Source: an uncultured Chloracidobacterium sp. (GTDB lineage: Bacteria > Acidobacteriota > Blastocatellia > Pyrinomonadales > Pyrinomonadaceae). Taken from it: a DNA stretch of 64,000 bases. Of this stretch, positions 9,538 through 18,509 are shown one piece after another. The stretch is from NCBI GenBank assembly GCA_964545145.1, contig CAZJFB010000001.1, forward strand, positions 27,616-91,615, read 5' to 3'. Both the position numbers and the translations under genes were made by a program. Under the pieces are notes generated by a model, which searched no databases, had not been told where the DNA came from, and saw nothing but the letters and a program-made list of their open reading frames with translations. Position 1 is the first letter of the stretch; every line of letters begins with the position of its first letter.

Positions 9538-11826
9538 TTAGTGGACCAATTCGCCGCCGCCTATCTGCCTGAGGCCCTGTCCCTTGATACCCCAACGAAA
9601 ACGGAAATGAGCATCGCCGCCGCGGTGGTTGTAGCGCAGGCTTATCCTATGGAGTCCAGCTTTAAGAGGAACGACGACCGATCTCATCTTGCGGTCCTTG
9701 GTCCCGGCGTCGTTGATGACCATTTTACCGCCCAGGACAAACGTTGTATCCCAGGTGGAATCAACCTGAAATTCGTAGATGCCGTCCTGTGTCGCTTTGA
9801 AATAGCCGTCGAATTGCACGCCATACGGCACCTTAAGGTCGATCTGTTTTTCAAATTGCGTGACAAATATCGAGCGGGTTTCACCTTCGAGCTTTCTCGG
9901 CTCGCCGCTGTCGGTTGGCACCAAGAGGGAGTAATTCACGCCCGGCTTGGTCTCGGCCAGGGTGACCGGTTCCCGCATCGCTCCACGGACTATTGTTGCT
10001 GCATAAACGACGCTTTTCCGCCCCAAGGCATTTACGACGACCGTCTTTAGCGTGGCGGAATTGTCTTCATCGAGAGTGATCTCGATCGGACCGGAATATC
10101 TTGCGGAAGTATCGTCCGGAGTGGAACCGTCTGTAGTAAATAAGACTTTCGTTCCTGGTGCCGGGGTGAGCGTGATCAGAGTCCGTTCGCGATCGGTGAT
10201 GATATTCTTGAGCCCTTCAGGCTCGGGAATTCGGTAATTTACATTTTGACGGTCCAGCAACGACAGGTTGCCGGCGAGGCGACGTTTGAAGTCAGCGAAG
10301 TTCTTGTTTTCTGGCGTTGACCACACGCTCTCGGCGATGGCGAGCATTCTCGGGAATGCCATATATTCGACCTTATCGCCGGTTTCGATGTACTCGGTCC
10401 AGATGTTAGCCTGCCCGCCGAGGATATATTTTTGTTCGTCGGCGGTCAGCTCTTTCGGCATAGGGTCGAACTGATATACCTTTTCGAGCGGAAGATATCC
10501 GCCGATGTTTAGCAGTTCGTATGCGGGATCGCCCTGGCCGTAGTCGAGATAGCAAAAATCTGTAGGCGTCATGATCACGTCATGTTTTGCCTTGGCCGCC
10601 TCGATGCCGCCTTTCATACCGCGCCAGCTCATGATGGTCGCGTTCGGAGCGATGCCGCCCTCGAGGATCTCGTCCCAGCCGATGATCTTTTTGCCCTTTG
10701 AATTTACGAATTTTTCCATTCGGCGAACAAAATAGCTCTGCACCTCGTGCTCGTCCTTGAGATTTTCGCGTTTCTTCAACTCCTGAACATAGGGCGACTC
10801 TTTCCAAAAGTCTTTCAAGACTTCGTCACCGCCGATATGAATGTACGGCGATTCGGGAAATAGCTTGATCGTCTCGTCCAAAACGTCGTCGAGGAACTTG
10901 AACGTCTCTTCGGTCGGACAGAAGACTTCCTTGAAGATGCCCCATGTCTTTTTCACTTCGTACTTGTAATCGCGTCCGGCGCATCCAACGCCGAGTTCAG
11001 GATAAGCCGCCAGAGCAGCCGAGGCGTGCCCCGGCAGCTCTATCTCGGGCACAACGTTGATGTATCGTGCCTTTGCATAGGCTACGACATCCTTGATCTC
11101 CTGCTGAGTATAAAAACCCTCGACCGGACGGCCGTCGCCCTTGAAAACAGTAGAGTAAACGCCCTCATGACTCTCCGACCGCTTAGAACCGATCTCGGTC
11201 AGCTTGGGATACTTCTTGATCTCGATCCGCCAACCCTGGTCGTCGGTCAGATGCCAGTGAAAGGTGTTGAATTTGTACTGCGACATGAGGTCGATGAACC
11301 TTTTGACGTAAGAAACCGGCATGAAATGACGAGCGACGTCGAGGTGCATGCCGCGATAGCCAAATCTGGGATTATCCGATATCTCAACTTCGGGGAGTTT
11401 GGCTTCATTTTTGAATTCCGTCGGAATCAGTTGGATCAGCGACTGCAGGCCGTAAAAAACGCCCCGTTCGTCGCCAGAAATTCTTATAGTATCAGGCGAT
11501 ATCTTCAAGAAGTACGCTTCCGGCCTAACGACTGGAGAGCCAGTTTGCGAGAGGATTGCAAATTGAATGACATTCTTAGCCTGCGGTTTGTTCGTTGTCT
11601 GAAGTTCAAATCCGTAGTTGCGTTTGATGAGTTCGTTAAGCATCGCGCTGAACTTACGGCCCGAATCGGAAACAGCCAGGATCTTTGTTTTCTTGCTCAG
11701 CGTGAACGAGCCCGCTCCGCGATCAATGGATGCGGCCTTTGGAATGAGATTTATCTCGTCAGATTGAGCGAACGCGAAAGACACAAACAGAAGACAAAAT
11801 GCGGCTGCGAAGAGCGAGTATTTCAT
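9538..11826 (-). CDS. secreted GH20 beta-N-acetylhexosaminidase with C-terminal PA14-like domain
   Basis: GMHLDVARHF, FHWHLTDDQGWR and HIGGDEV blocks. C-terminal PA14-like region (FDGYFKATQDGIYEFQVDS...). The ATG at 11826 (MKYSLFAAAF signal peptide) is preferred over the TTG at 11868. Confidence 0.9.
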   Translation of the reverse strand: MKYSLFAAAFCLLFVSFAFAQSDEINLIPKAASIDRGAGSFTLSKKTKILAVSDSGRKFSAMLNELIKRNYGFELQTTNKPQAKNVIQFAILSQTGSPVVRPEAYFLKISPDTIRISGDERGVFYGLQSLIQLIPTEFKNEAKLPEVEISDNPRFGYRGMHLDVARHFMPVSYVKRFIDLMSQYKFNTFHWHLTDDQGWRIEIKKYPKLTEIGSKRSESHEGVYSTVFKGDGRPVEGFYTQQEIKDVVAYAKARYINVVPEIELPGHASAALAAYPELGVGCAGRDYKYEVKKTWGIFKEVFCPTEETFKFLDDVLDETIKLFPESPYIHIGGDEVLKDFWKESPYVQELKKRENLKDEHEVQSYFVRRMEKFVNSKGKKIIGWDEILEGGIAPNATIMSWRGMKGGIEAAKAKHDVIMTPTDFCYLDYGQGDPAYELLNIGGYLPLEKVYQFDPMPKELTADEQKYILGGQANIWTEYIETGDKVEYMAFPRMLAIAESVWSTPENKNFADFKRRLAGNLSLLDRQNVNYRIPEPEGLKNIITDRERTLITLTPAPGTKVLFTTDGSTPDDTSARYSGPIEITLDEDNSATLKTVVVNALGRKSVVYAATIVRGAMREPVTLAETKPGVNYSLLVPTDSGEPRKLEGETRSIFVTQFEKQIDLKVPYGVQFDGYFKATQDGIYEFQVDSTWDTTFVLGGKMVINDAGTKDRKMRSVVVPLKAGLHRISLRYNHRGGDAHFRFRWGIKGQGLRQIGGGELVH

Positions 11827-11868
11827 TGTTAATGATCGGAACTTTTTTGGATTCGAACTTCGCTCCAA

Positions 11869-12831
11869 TCATAACAAATCCAGAAACTCATTCAATTCGG
11901 ACGGCACCGGCTGTTCAAATTCCATTCGTTCAAGGGTTTGGGGATGGACAAACGAGAGTTTTTCAGCGTGGAGGAAGAACCTCTGCATCGACGCTATCGC
12001 ATTGCGAACGGTTATGTCGGCGACGGTGTTGTCGCGGCCTTCGTTGTAGATCTCGTCGCCAACGACAGGGTGGTTGATATACGCCATGTGAACGCGTATT
12101 TGGTGCGTGCGGCCTGTTTTGATCTCGACCTCTAGAAGCGTGAATTTCGCGTAACGTTTTCGCACTTTCCACAGGCTGAGAGCGCTGCGGCCATGGCCGG
12201 CGACCTTCATCCGCAGGCGATTGTGTTTGTTGCGGCCGATCGCAGCCTCGATCTTGCCGGTGTTCTGCTCGGGCGAACCGTGAACGAGAGCAACATACGA
12301 TTTGTAGACCTGTCGCTCACGAAACTGCTCGGACAACGCCTCGTGAATCTCGTCAGTTTTGGCGACGACGATCAGTCCGGAAGTGTCTTTGTCTAAACGA
12401 TGGACGATTCCGATACGGATGCTGTCGGGATCGGTGCGGTTCTGCTCGGCAAACGACTCGGCAAAATGAAACGCGATCGCATTCGCCAGTGTGCCGCTCT
12501 GTACACCGGCTCCGGGATGGACGACCATCCCGGCAGATTTGTTGATGACAGCGAGGTACTCGTCTTCATAAACGATATCGAGCGGAATATTCTCGGGCTC
12601 AAACCTTGCCACCGGAGCCTCGACCAGGTCGATCTCGATCTCGTCACCTTCTCGTACTTTGTAAGAAGGCTTAACTGCCTTTTCATTGACCAGAACATCT
12701 TCGTTCTCGATCAGCCGCTGAAGCCGCGAACGAGACCATCCCTCGACCCTTTCGGTCAGAAATGCATCGAGACGTTTGCCTGTATCAACGCCAGTGGGAA
12801 TTAGGACAGAGGACGATTGGACTTCGATCAC
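11869..12831 (-). CDS. rluD: 23S rRNA pseudouridine synthase, RluA/RluD family
   Basis: N-terminal S4 domain plus the catalytic HRLDKDTSGLIVVAK motif. Confidence 0.9.
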   Translation of the reverse strand: MIEVQSSSVLIPTGVDTGKRLDAFLTERVEGWSRSRLQRLIENEDVLVNEKAVKPSYKVREGDEIEIDLVEAPVARFEPENIPLDIVYEDEYLAVINKSAGMVVHPGAGVQSGTLANAIAFHFAESFAEQNRTDPDSIRIGIVHRLDKDTSGLIVVAKTDEIHEALSEQFRERQVYKSYVALVHGSPEQNTGKIEAAIGRNKHNRLRMKVAGHGRSALSLWKVRKRYAKFTLLEVEIKTGRTHQIRVHMAYINHPVVGDEIYNEGRDNTVADITVRNAIASMQRFFLHAEKLSFVHPQTLERMEFEQPVPSELNEFLDLL

Positions 12832-13640
12832 GTGGCGGTTTGGGCCTCGGCCCGCGAAACAGATCTAAGCCGCCAAATCATAAAGATCACTGAAGATGCG
12901 GCAACGATCAGGCTAACGATCTGTGATGTTGAAAGCCCGGTAAGTGTAGTCAGTCCAAAGAGATCACCGCGAGGGTCATCGCGAATGAACTCGATCGAAA
13001 ACCTAAAGATCGAATAGATGATCCCATAAGCGATCAAGATCTGACCGTCAAACTTCTTTCTGCGGTGCAGCCAAAACAGAAGGCCAAATACGGCCAGCAT
13101 CGTAAACGACTCAATAAGCTGCGTTGGGTGAAGGTGAAGGTCACCACCATCGGGCCCGTATATCGGAACGCCGGTATATTCGTTACCAAGCTTGGAAAAA
13201 TGAACTCCCCAGGGAAGATCGGTCGGTTTGCCCCAGCAGCAGCCGGCAGCAAAACAGCCCTGACGCCCAAAAGCCTGTCCCAAAGCAACCGCAGGGGCGA
13301 ATGCGTCGGCGACCTTCCAAAATGGAAGCTTGTAGTAGCGGACGATGACCACTACAGCTAGAAATCCGCCTATTAGCCCTCCGTAAAACACGCCGCCCGA
13401 ACGCAAAAAATCTAGTGTAAATACCTGAACATTCTCCTCGACAAAGAACATCAGGACCTTTGAGCCGACCAACCCGCCAACCAGTGTCCACAATCCCAGG
13501 TCGTAGATATTGTCTCGTTTAAGGCCGTCTCGAGCAGCCAGTCGCGATGCGGCAAATAGTGCAAAGAGCATGCCCAACGCCAGCCAGATGCCGTACGTCG
13601 TCACCGGAAAAGAGCCTATTCGGAATAATTCAGGGTACAT
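12828..13640 (-). CDS. lgt: prolipoprotein diacylglyceryl transferase
   Basis: Polytopic membrane protein with Lgt blocks (YGIWLALGMLFA, GRQGCFAAGCCWG, HLHPTQLIES). It overlaps rluD by 4 nt. Confidence 0.9.
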   Translation of the reverse strand: MYPELFRIGSFPVTTYGIWLALGMLFALFAASRLAARDGLKRDNIYDLGLWTLVGGLVGSKVLMFFVEENVQVFTLDFLRSGGVFYGGLIGGFLAVVVIVRYYKLPFWKVADAFAPAVALGQAFGRQGCFAAGCCWGKPTDLPWGVHFSKLGNEYTGVPIYGPDGGDLHLHPTQLIESFTMLAVFGLLFWLHRRKKFDGQILIAYGIIYSIFRFSIEFIRDDPRGDLFGLTTLTGLSTSQIVSLIVAASSVIFMIWRLRSVSRAEAQTAT

Positions 13641-13642
13641 CG

Positions 13643-14167
13643 CTAGTTGCCTGCTGGTTGCTGGTTGGTTGGGGCCTCGGCCTTTCTCTTAGAAAAGAGC
13701 ATGTCCAATAGAAGCAGCCCGGCGCCGACACAGATAGAAACGTCAGCGACGTTAAAGGTCGGATAGTGCCAACTCCCAAACTGAACGTCGATAAAATCGA
13801 TCACGAAGCCAAGCCTCAGCCGGTCGGTCACGTTGCCGGCAATACCGGCAAGCAACAGAGCCAGAGCTCCTAAAATTCGGTCATCGCTTCTTGGTGTTCG
13901 CCAGAAAAAATAAAGGACCAGCACTGCCGCTATGAAAGCCACAGCCGAGAGGCCCCAACGTCCCGCGTCGCCATGATCGTCAAACATTGAGAATGCGACA
14001 CCGGTATTCGTTGCATACGCAAAATTAAGGAAGCCGCCGATGATCGGCCGATCGCCCTCGAACCTCAAGACACGCGCCGCCCATGCCTTCGACGTCTGGT
14101 CGATCATGAAGACACCGCCTGCGATCGCAAGGTATGCCAACTTCCAGATGATGCCGCGCTTGGTCAT
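13643..14167 (-). CDS. lspA: lipoprotein signal peptidase II
   Basis: Blocks NTGVAFSMF and FNVADVSI, four TM segments, and the classic position downstream of ileS. Confidence 0.9.
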   Translation of the reverse strand: MTKRGIIWKLAYLAIAGGVFMIDQTSKAWAARVLRFEGDRPIIGGFLNFAYATNTGVAFSMFDDHGDAGRWGLSAVAFIAAVLVLYFFWRTPRSDDRILGALALLLAGIAGNVTDRLRLGFVIDFIDVQFGSWHYPTFNVADVSICVGAGLLLLDMLFSKRKAEAPTNQQPAGN

Positions 14168-14617
14168 TTAGTTCTTTTTGAGCTCGATCTGCGGACGCGG
14201 CTCGGCGAAAAACGTCTTGTTAACTATTTTCCACTCGCCGTTGATCTTTAAGAGTGACATATAGTCGGTAAACTTTGCGCTCGGATAATCGAGAATGATC
14301 TTAGCAAAGGCAGCGTTTCCGACGACCTCGACCGAAGCGATCCATCTCTTCCGTTTCGACTCATCTGCGGCCGGTTTGCCGGTTGCTCCTGCAATATATT
14401 CGGCAAACGAACGCGTTGTATACTTCCCGTCTCGAATAAAGATCAACTGGCCCTCGGTATGAAACGCCTTCTTAAAATACTCGCCGTCGCCCGTTGCGTG
14501 CCCCTTGAGATAGTTCTCAAGCGGGATCTTAACCAACTCCATGTCGTTCGCCTGTCCGTAAGAGACGGCTGAGAACGCAAATACAAGCAATGCAGCCACA
14601 AAGCCAGCTCTTTTCAT
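14168..14617 (-). CDS. secreted NTF2-like (lumazine-binding-like) protein
   Basis: Signal peptide, then an NTF2-fold-like pattern (YLKGHATGDGEYFKKAFH...YMSLLKINGEWKIVNKTF). Confidence 0.55.
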   Translation of the reverse strand: MKRAGFVAALLVFAFSAVSYGQANDMELVKIPLENYLKGHATGDGEYFKKAFHTEGQLIFIRDGKYTTRSFAEYIAGATGKPAADESKRKRWIASVEVVGNAAFAKIILDYPSAKFTDYMSLLKINGEWKIVNKTFFAEPRPQIELKKN

Positions 14618-14685
14618 TTAAGTCAGCTCCTCAAGACCAATCGGATGTGCCGGAACCACAGCGAACTTCACCGTGTTTCACTCGC

Positions 14686-15120
14686 CTACTCAGTATACGG
14701 AAATATTGCCTTCGGCGCTTTATACCGCCGCCACCAGTCAGCGTAGCAAACATCCGTGCAGCCAATGGCGTAATGTACGACTTTCCATCTTCCGGCGGTC
14801 TTTCTGAGGATCGCAAAAAAGTTGTTGTCGAACATATCGGCGTCGATCGCCCGCTGATACGGCGTACCGCGATAATTCGGCCGGCCGCCTTCCGGCGTTT
14901 GCGGATCACCGCCGAGGAACGCCCAGTTTCCCGACACATTGAAATGCTCGGCCGCAAATATGATCTTTTGCTTCAGCTCTTTTTCAACGGGCACGCGTAG
15001 AGCATCAAGTATTGCCTTTCGTTCCGCCGAGCCTTTTTCCGGCGTGTAGACCGCCTGGCCGGCAGCAACACCGGCGAACAGGATCGTTATCGCAAACAAA
15101 ATTAACGGCCTTTTCAGCAT
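14686..15120 (-). CDS. hypothetical secreted protein
   Basis: ORF 14686..15243. I start it at the ATG at 15120 ([23 protein letters not shown], a signal peptide), which overlaps the ileS stop by 7 nt. No recognisable family. Confidence 0.5.
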   Translation of the reverse strand: MLKRPLILFAITILFAGVAAGQAVYTPEKGSAERKAILDALRVPVEKELKQKIIFAAEHFNVSGNWAFLGGDPQTPEGGRPNYRGTPYQRAIDADMFDNNFFAILRKTAGRWKVVHYAIGCTDVCYADWWRRYKAPKAIFPYTE

Positions 15121-17987
15121 ATTTCCTCCTTCGCCTCGGCAGCTTTGACTATCTCGGGCAGAGCATCGGCACAGCGTTCGCAAACGGTCGGCCATTGGTT
15201 GAATTCCCCGACGCGTGTGGAATAGTTCCAACAGCGTTCGCATTTTTCCCCGTCAGCCTTACGGATCTCGACGGCAAACTTTTCGTCCTCATGCACCTCG
15301 ACCTGAGATACGATAAAGATATAGCGAAGCTGTTCATAATATTCGAGTAGGAATCGTGTCGTCTCGGCGTCAGTCGTCAACACGACCTTTGCCTCGAGCG
15401 AAGAGCCGATCTGCTTGTCGTTGCGAGCCGTTTCGAGCGATTTGAGAACTTCGTCGCGGATCGCGAAGACGCGTTCCCAGCGCTCGATCAATTCCGCATT
15501 ATCAGTTTTGGAGACCTCGGGAAACTCCGCAATGTGTACCGACGCGACATCGCGTGCCGGCAGATTCTCCCACGCCTCGTCCGCCGTGTAGGCCAGCAGC
15601 GGAGCCATTAGCCGGCAGAGCGAATCTGCGATCTTGTAAAGCGCGGTTTGAGCAGCACGTCTCGCTTCGGATTTCGGAGCGAAGATGTACAACCGGTCTT
15701 TGATGATGTCGAAATAGCGGGCCGACAACGTGACCGTGCAGAAATTGTAGAGTGCATTGTACGCTGCCTGAAAGTCGTACGCTTCGTATCCGGCGAGTAC
15801 TTTCTCATTCAGGTCGTCGAGGCACGCAAGGGCCCAGCGATCGACCTCTTCCATACGATCGAGGTCGACCGTGTCCGTCGCCGGGTCAAATCCGTCGATG
15901 TTGCCGAGAGCATACCGCAGCGTGTTGCGCATCTTTCGGTATGCATCGACGACGCGGAGAAGGATCTCGTCCGAGCATCTCACATCCTCTGTGTAATCAA
16001 CCGCCGCCGCCCATAGCCTCAAGACATCTGCACCCGAACGGTCGATGATCTCATGCGGTGCCGTCACGTTGCCGAGCGATTTCGACTGCTTCTTGCCCTC
16101 GCCGTCGACGACCCAGCCATGAGTGATGATCTGTTTGTAAGGTGCCGCATCGTGTGCCGCGATGCCGCAGCTAAGGCTCGAATTGAACCACCCGCGATAC
16201 TGATCGCCGCCTTCGAGGTAAACGTCTGCCGGAAAGCGGAGCGTCTCGCCCCGCGTTTCAAGCACCGCAACGCAACTCGAACCCGAATCGAACCAAACGT
16301 CGAGAATGTCTGTCTCTTTTCTAAAATCTCCGCCGCCGCATTTCTCGCACTTGTAACCGTCGGGCAGCAATTCACTTTCCGGCCGCGCATACCACGCATC
16401 TGCGGTTTCCTGGGCAAAGATGTCGGCGACATGATCGACGATCTTCGGGTCTGCGACCGCCTCTTCGCATCCGCTGCAATAAAAAACGGGTATCGGCACG
16501 CCCCAGAAACGCTGTCGCGAGACGCACCAATCCGGCCGCCCTTTGAACATATTTGACATGCGGCCTTCGCCCCAAGCCGGATGCCATTTGGTTTTGCCGA
16601 TCTCCTCCAATGCTCGCTGCCGTAAACTCGAGCCGTCAACTGCCTCGTCCATCGAGACGAACCACTGCGGCGTAGCCCGAAAGATCACGGGATTCTTACA
16701 TCGCCAGCAATGCGGATAGCGGTGAGCATACCTTTCTGAGTGAAGGAGCATACCGCGTTCGCGTAAGAATTCGACGATCTTCGGATTCGCGTCAAAGATA
16801 TCCTGACCTGCAAAGTGTTCAACCTCATCGATGAATCTTCCTGCCGAATCGACCGGATTGTAGATCTCAAGGCCGTATTTCTTACCGATGTGAAAGTCGT
16901 CCGCACCATGGCCCGGAGCCGTGTGGACGCAGCCTGTCCCACTCTTTTTGGCGGACTTGTCCTCAAAACGTACATCCAATTCGACCTCGGCATCGGCTTC
17001 GCCCAGGGTGACATGCTCGCCATTCATGATCAATGACGTACGATCTAGCCAGGCATGCTTCGCCTCCATACGGTCGAGCTTTAAGCCCTTGAATCGAGCA
17101 AGTTCCTTCGCATTTTCCAATCCGCATGTTTCACCGAAAGCGGCGGCTAGTTCGCTGGCGACGATGTAAACCTCGCCATTCGCCTCGACCGCCGAATAAT
17201 CAAAATCCGGATGCACGGCGATGCCGAGATTCGCGGGTAGCGTCCACGGCGTTGTCGTCCAGATGACCACAAATACATTTTTGCCGGCTAGTGCCGCGTC
17301 GATATCGGCCGGATCTGTCTTCATCGGAAACTTCACATAAACGCTCGGCGATGTGTGTTCCTTGTACTCGACCTCGGCCTCGGCGAGGGCAGTCTGGTCA
17401 TAAGTGCACCAGTAAACCGGCCGTAGGCCTTTGTAAACAAAGCCGCGTTCTAGAAATCTTCCAAATAGTCTTGCGGTAGACGATTCGTACTCGGCCGACA
17501 TCGTCAGATACGGATCCTTCCATTCGCCGAGGATGCCTAGCCGCTGAAAGTCGCGCGTCTGTCCGTTCATTGCCGTCGATGCATGCTCGCGGCATATGCG
17601 ACGGAAAGTGGCGACCGGCAGATCGTTCTTGTTCTTACCTTTCTCAGCAAGCTTTTTTTCAACAAGCGTCTCGATCGGCAGCCCGTGGCAATCATAGCCC
17701 GGCACATATGGAGCATCGTAGCCCATCATCGAGCGTGTCTTGACGACAAAATCCTTCAGGATCTTGTTGAGAGCGGTGCCGATGTGAATGTCGGCGTTGG
17801 CATACGGCGGCCCATCGTGGAGGATAAATTTGTCGCGGCCACGCCGTGCCTCCATCACCTTTTCGTAAAGCCCCATTTCCTGCCATTTCTTCAGACGCGC
17901 AGGCTCCATCTGGCCGAGATTCGCCTTTTGCGAGAAATCGGTCCGCGGTAAGTTAACTGTTTTCTTCAGATCCAGTGCTTCAGTCAT
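15114..17987 (-). CDS. ileS: isoleucine--tRNA ligase (type 1, C-terminal Zn finger)
   Basis: HIGT variant of the HIGH motif ([13 protein letters not shown]), KMSKS variant (KQSKSLGN), CP1 editing domain, and C-terminal CxxC...CxxC (CERCWNY...CERC). Confidence 0.97.
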   Translation of the reverse strand: MTEALDLKKTVNLPRTDFSQKANLGQMEPARLKKWQEMGLYEKVMEARRGRDKFILHDGPPYANADIHIGTALNKILKDFVVKTRSMMGYDAPYVPGYDCHGLPIETLVEKKLAEKGKNKNDLPVATFRRICREHASTAMNGQTRDFQRLGILGEWKDPYLTMSAEYESSTARLFGRFLERGFVYKGLRPVYWCTYDQTALAEAEVEYKEHTSPSVYVKFPMKTDPADIDAALAGKNVFVVIWTTTPWTLPANLGIAVHPDFDYSAVEANGEVYIVASELAAAFGETCGLENAKELARFKGLKLDRMEAKHAWLDRTSLIMNGEHVTLGEADAEVELDVRFEDKSAKKSGTGCVHTAPGHGADDFHIGKKYGLEIYNPVDSAGRFIDEVEHFAGQDIFDANPKIVEFLRERGMLLHSERYAHRYPHCWRCKNPVIFRATPQWFVSMDEAVDGSSLRQRALEEIGKTKWHPAWGEGRMSNMFKGRPDWCVSRQRFWGVPIPVFYCSGCEEAVADPKIVDHVADIFAQETADAWYARPESELLPDGYKCEKCGGGDFRKETDILDVWFDSGSSCVAVLETRGETLRFPADVYLEGGDQYRGWFNSSLSCGIAAHDAAPYKQIITHGWVVDGEGKKQSKSLGNVTAPHEIIDRSGADVLRLWAAAVDYTEDVRCSDEILLRVVDAYRKMRNTLRYALGNIDGFDPATDTVDLDRMEEVDRWALACLDDLNEKVLAGYEAYDFQAAYNALYNFCTVTLSARYFDIIKDRLYIFAPKSEARRAAQTALYKIADSLCRLMAPLLAYTADEAWENLPARDVASVHIAEFPEVSKTDNAELIERWERVFAIRDEVLKSLETARNDKQIGSSLEAKVVLTTDAETTRFLLEYYEQLRYIFIVSQVEVHEDEKFAVEIRKADGEKCERCWNYSTRVGEFNQWPTVCERCADALPEIVKAAEAKEEIC

Positions 17988-17991
17988 ACGT

Positions 17992-18031
17992 CAAACAAAC
18001 TAAAAGTCCCAAGCCATGTTTGACTTGGGAC
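17992..18031 (-). terminator. intrinsic-terminator-like hairpin + U-run between clpS and ileS
   Basis: On the minus strand: GUCCCAAG-ucaaacaugg-CUUGGGAC (18031-18006), followed by UUUUAGUUUGUUUG. It ends about 5 nt before the ileS ATG. Confidence 0.6.
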
Positions 18032-18148
18032 CGATGAGCAAATCTTCATATGCCGCTCAGCTACAGCTGAGCGAGGTCCCGCCTAATGTCTATTGTAATG
18101 GGCGATGGCCTCCGCATAATTCAAGTAATAATAACATAGCCCATAAGA

Positions 18149-18469
18149 TTATTCTTCCTCAACCGTGCACAACAGCGGATACTCTCTTGCTCGTGCCAGA
18201 TTGATCGCCTTGTCGCATTTCATTGTTGCGATCTCGTACGGGTAAACACCGGCAAGGCCGACGCCTTCGTTGTGGACCTTTAGCATGATAGTGAAAGCCT
18301 CTGCCTCGGTTCGAGCGAAGACGTATTGCAGGACGAACACAACGAAATCCATCGTTGTGAAATCGTCGTTGTGCAGCAGGACCTTGAAGAGCTTTGGCTT
18401 TTCGAGCCTGGTCTTTTTCTCGGGCAGTACGTCGACGCCGTCGTGCTCAATGTCGGGAAATCCAGCCAT
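18149..18469 (-). CDS. clpS: ATP-dependent Clp protease adaptor ClpS
   Basis: 106 aa; core KVLLHNDDFTTMDFVVFVL...A..IMLKVHNEG is typical of ClpS. Confidence 0.9.
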   Translation of the reverse strand: MAGFPDIEHDGVDVLPEKKTRLEKPKLFKVLLHNDDFTTMDFVVFVLQYVFARTEAEAFTIMLKVHNEGVGLAGVYPYEIATMKCDKAINLARAREYPLLCTVEEE

Positions 18470-18509
18470 CCGACAATTAGATTAGCATAAGGTGAAGTTC
18501 AGATTGACG

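Noticed and set aside
17988-18148. T-box riboswitch upstream of ileS
   Set aside because: There is only a loose resemblance to the T-box core. I could not build a convincing Stem I, a specifier loop with AUC, or an antiterminator, and the spacer is short. It needs a covariance-model search.
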